A stretch of 35,068 nt of DNA. Origin: Thermoplasmata archaeon (GTDB taxonomy: Archaea; Thermoplasmatota; Thermoplasmata; Lutacidiplasmatales; UBA184). Location: positions 1-35,068 of the forward strand of contig JASHUJ010000186.1 of assembly GCA_030040035.1 (NCBI GenBank), in the 5' to 3' direction. Positions within the stretch are counted from its first letter, which is position 1; each line of letters starts with the position of its first letter. The translations under genes and the position numbers were made by a program. The notes beneath the pieces are model-generated. The model was not told the origin of the DNA, made no database searches, and worked only from the letters and a program-made list of their open reading frames with translations. This document shows, one piece after another, positions 34,346 through 35,068 of the stretch.

Positions 34346-35068
34346 CCGTCTGGTCGGTCGAGGGGCTCGAGACGCACCTCGACGGGTTCCGGCTCGGCCC
34401 GATCGACCTCGCCCTCGCGCCCGGCCGCGTGGTCGCGGTGCTCGGGAGCTCGGGGGCCGGCAAGACCACGCTCCTGCGGGCGGTCGCCGGATTCCTCCCC
34501 GCCGATCGCGGACGCGTGGTCCGGGACGGTATGGAGCTCACCGGCGCCCCGCCCGAACGCCGCCGGCTCGGCTACGTTCCCCAGGGGCTCGGGCTCTTCC
34601 CGCACCGCACCGTGGAACGCAACGTGAGCTACGCGCTCGAGATGCGGGGCCGGACCGACGCCCGCCCCCGGGCCCGCGCGATGCTCGCGCGATTCGGCCT
34701 CACTCCGCTCGCGCGCCGCTACCCGGCCCGGTTGAGCGGCGGGGAGCTCGAACGGGTCGCGCTCGCGCGGGCCCTCGCCGCCGAGCCCGAGCTCGTCCTC
34801 TGGGACGAGCCGTGGCAGGCGCTCGACGTCGAGGCGCGCTTCGCCCTCGGCGGGGTGTTCGACGAGCTGCGCGGCGCGGCGCACGTGCCCTCGATCGTCG
34901 TGACGCACGACCCCGAGCTGGCGTTCTCGGTCGCCGACACGTTCGTCGTCCTGCGCCGCGGGCGGGTCGCGTTCCACGGCCCGCCCGAAGAGCTGCTCGA
35001 ACGCCCGATCGACTCGTTCAGCGCCCGGTTCGTCGGCTACGAGAACGTCTACGATCCCGCCACGCTCG
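34342..35068 (+). CDS. wtpC: Tungstate/molybdate ABC transporter ATP-binding protein (3' truncated by window)
   Basis: GTGA overlap at 34342; GSSGAGKTT, GYVPQ..LFPH, LSGGE..RVALARAL, WDEP and VTHD. No stop codon before the window end. Confidence 0.85.
   Translation, partial: MTVWSVEGLETHLDGFRLGPIDLALAPGRVVAVLGSSGAGKTTLLRAVAGFLPADRGRVVRDGMELTGAPPERRRLGYVPQGLGLFPHRTVERNVSYALEMRGRTDARPRARAMLARFGLTPLARRYPARLSGGELERVALARALAAEPELVLWDEPWQALDVEARFALGGVFDELRGAAHVPSIVVTHDPELAFSVADTFVVLRRGRVAFHGPPEELLERPIDSFSARFVGYENVYDPATL

Noticed and set aside
1-35068. Many long overlapping ORFs in the track (e.g. 5138-7186 +, 26467-28569 +, most of 28337-30880 -, the upstream half of 7211-9928 -)
   Set aside because: Arg/Pro/Gly/Ala-rich shadow frames of real genes, caused by stop-codon scarcity at high GC; no recognisable motifs.
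1-35068. CRISPR array, transposon, integrase or provirus
   Set aside because: No regularly spaced repeats, terminal inverted repeats or recombinase/transposase motifs were seen, and no duplicated tRNA 3' end (att site) was noticed.

Overview
Very GC-rich archaeal chromosomal window. Archaeal origin is shown by the PolD large subunit, PurP, a Pop5-like RNase P protein, a WtpA-type transporter, a BHB-intron tRNA and TATA-like boxes about 23-25 nt upstream of many start codons. A Thermoplasmata-like lineage is my inference. The window holds about 34 densely packed genes. DNA replication and repair: polX, PolD DP2, mutY. Cell division: ftsZ. NAD, purine and C1 metabolism: nadA, nadC, purP, purH, gcvT. 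Also present are a three-subunit xanthine-dehydrogenase-family molybdoenzyme, a TetR-controlled ABC exporter, hutH and a W/Mo ABC importer that runs off the right edge. No CRISPR array, integrase or transposase was seen. Most long ORFs in the track are GC-driven shadow frames. Highlights: (1) a nickel superoxide dismutase module (sodN with an intact Ni-hook and a divergent sodX-like protease) in an archaeon; (2) a tRNA-Arg(UCG), missed by the ORF track, with a 25-nt intron in the T-loop (59/60) that forms a textbook bulge-helix-bulge; (3) a divergent pseudo-receiver and wHTH/zinc-ribbon gene pair flanking a candidate bistable structured RNA; (4) an effector-less STAND ATPase-TPR gene overlapping nadC; (5) MutY with a catalytic Asp-to-Glu change and an intact Nudix box; (6) perfect operator palindromes upstream of tetR and wtpA, the latter ModE-box-like.
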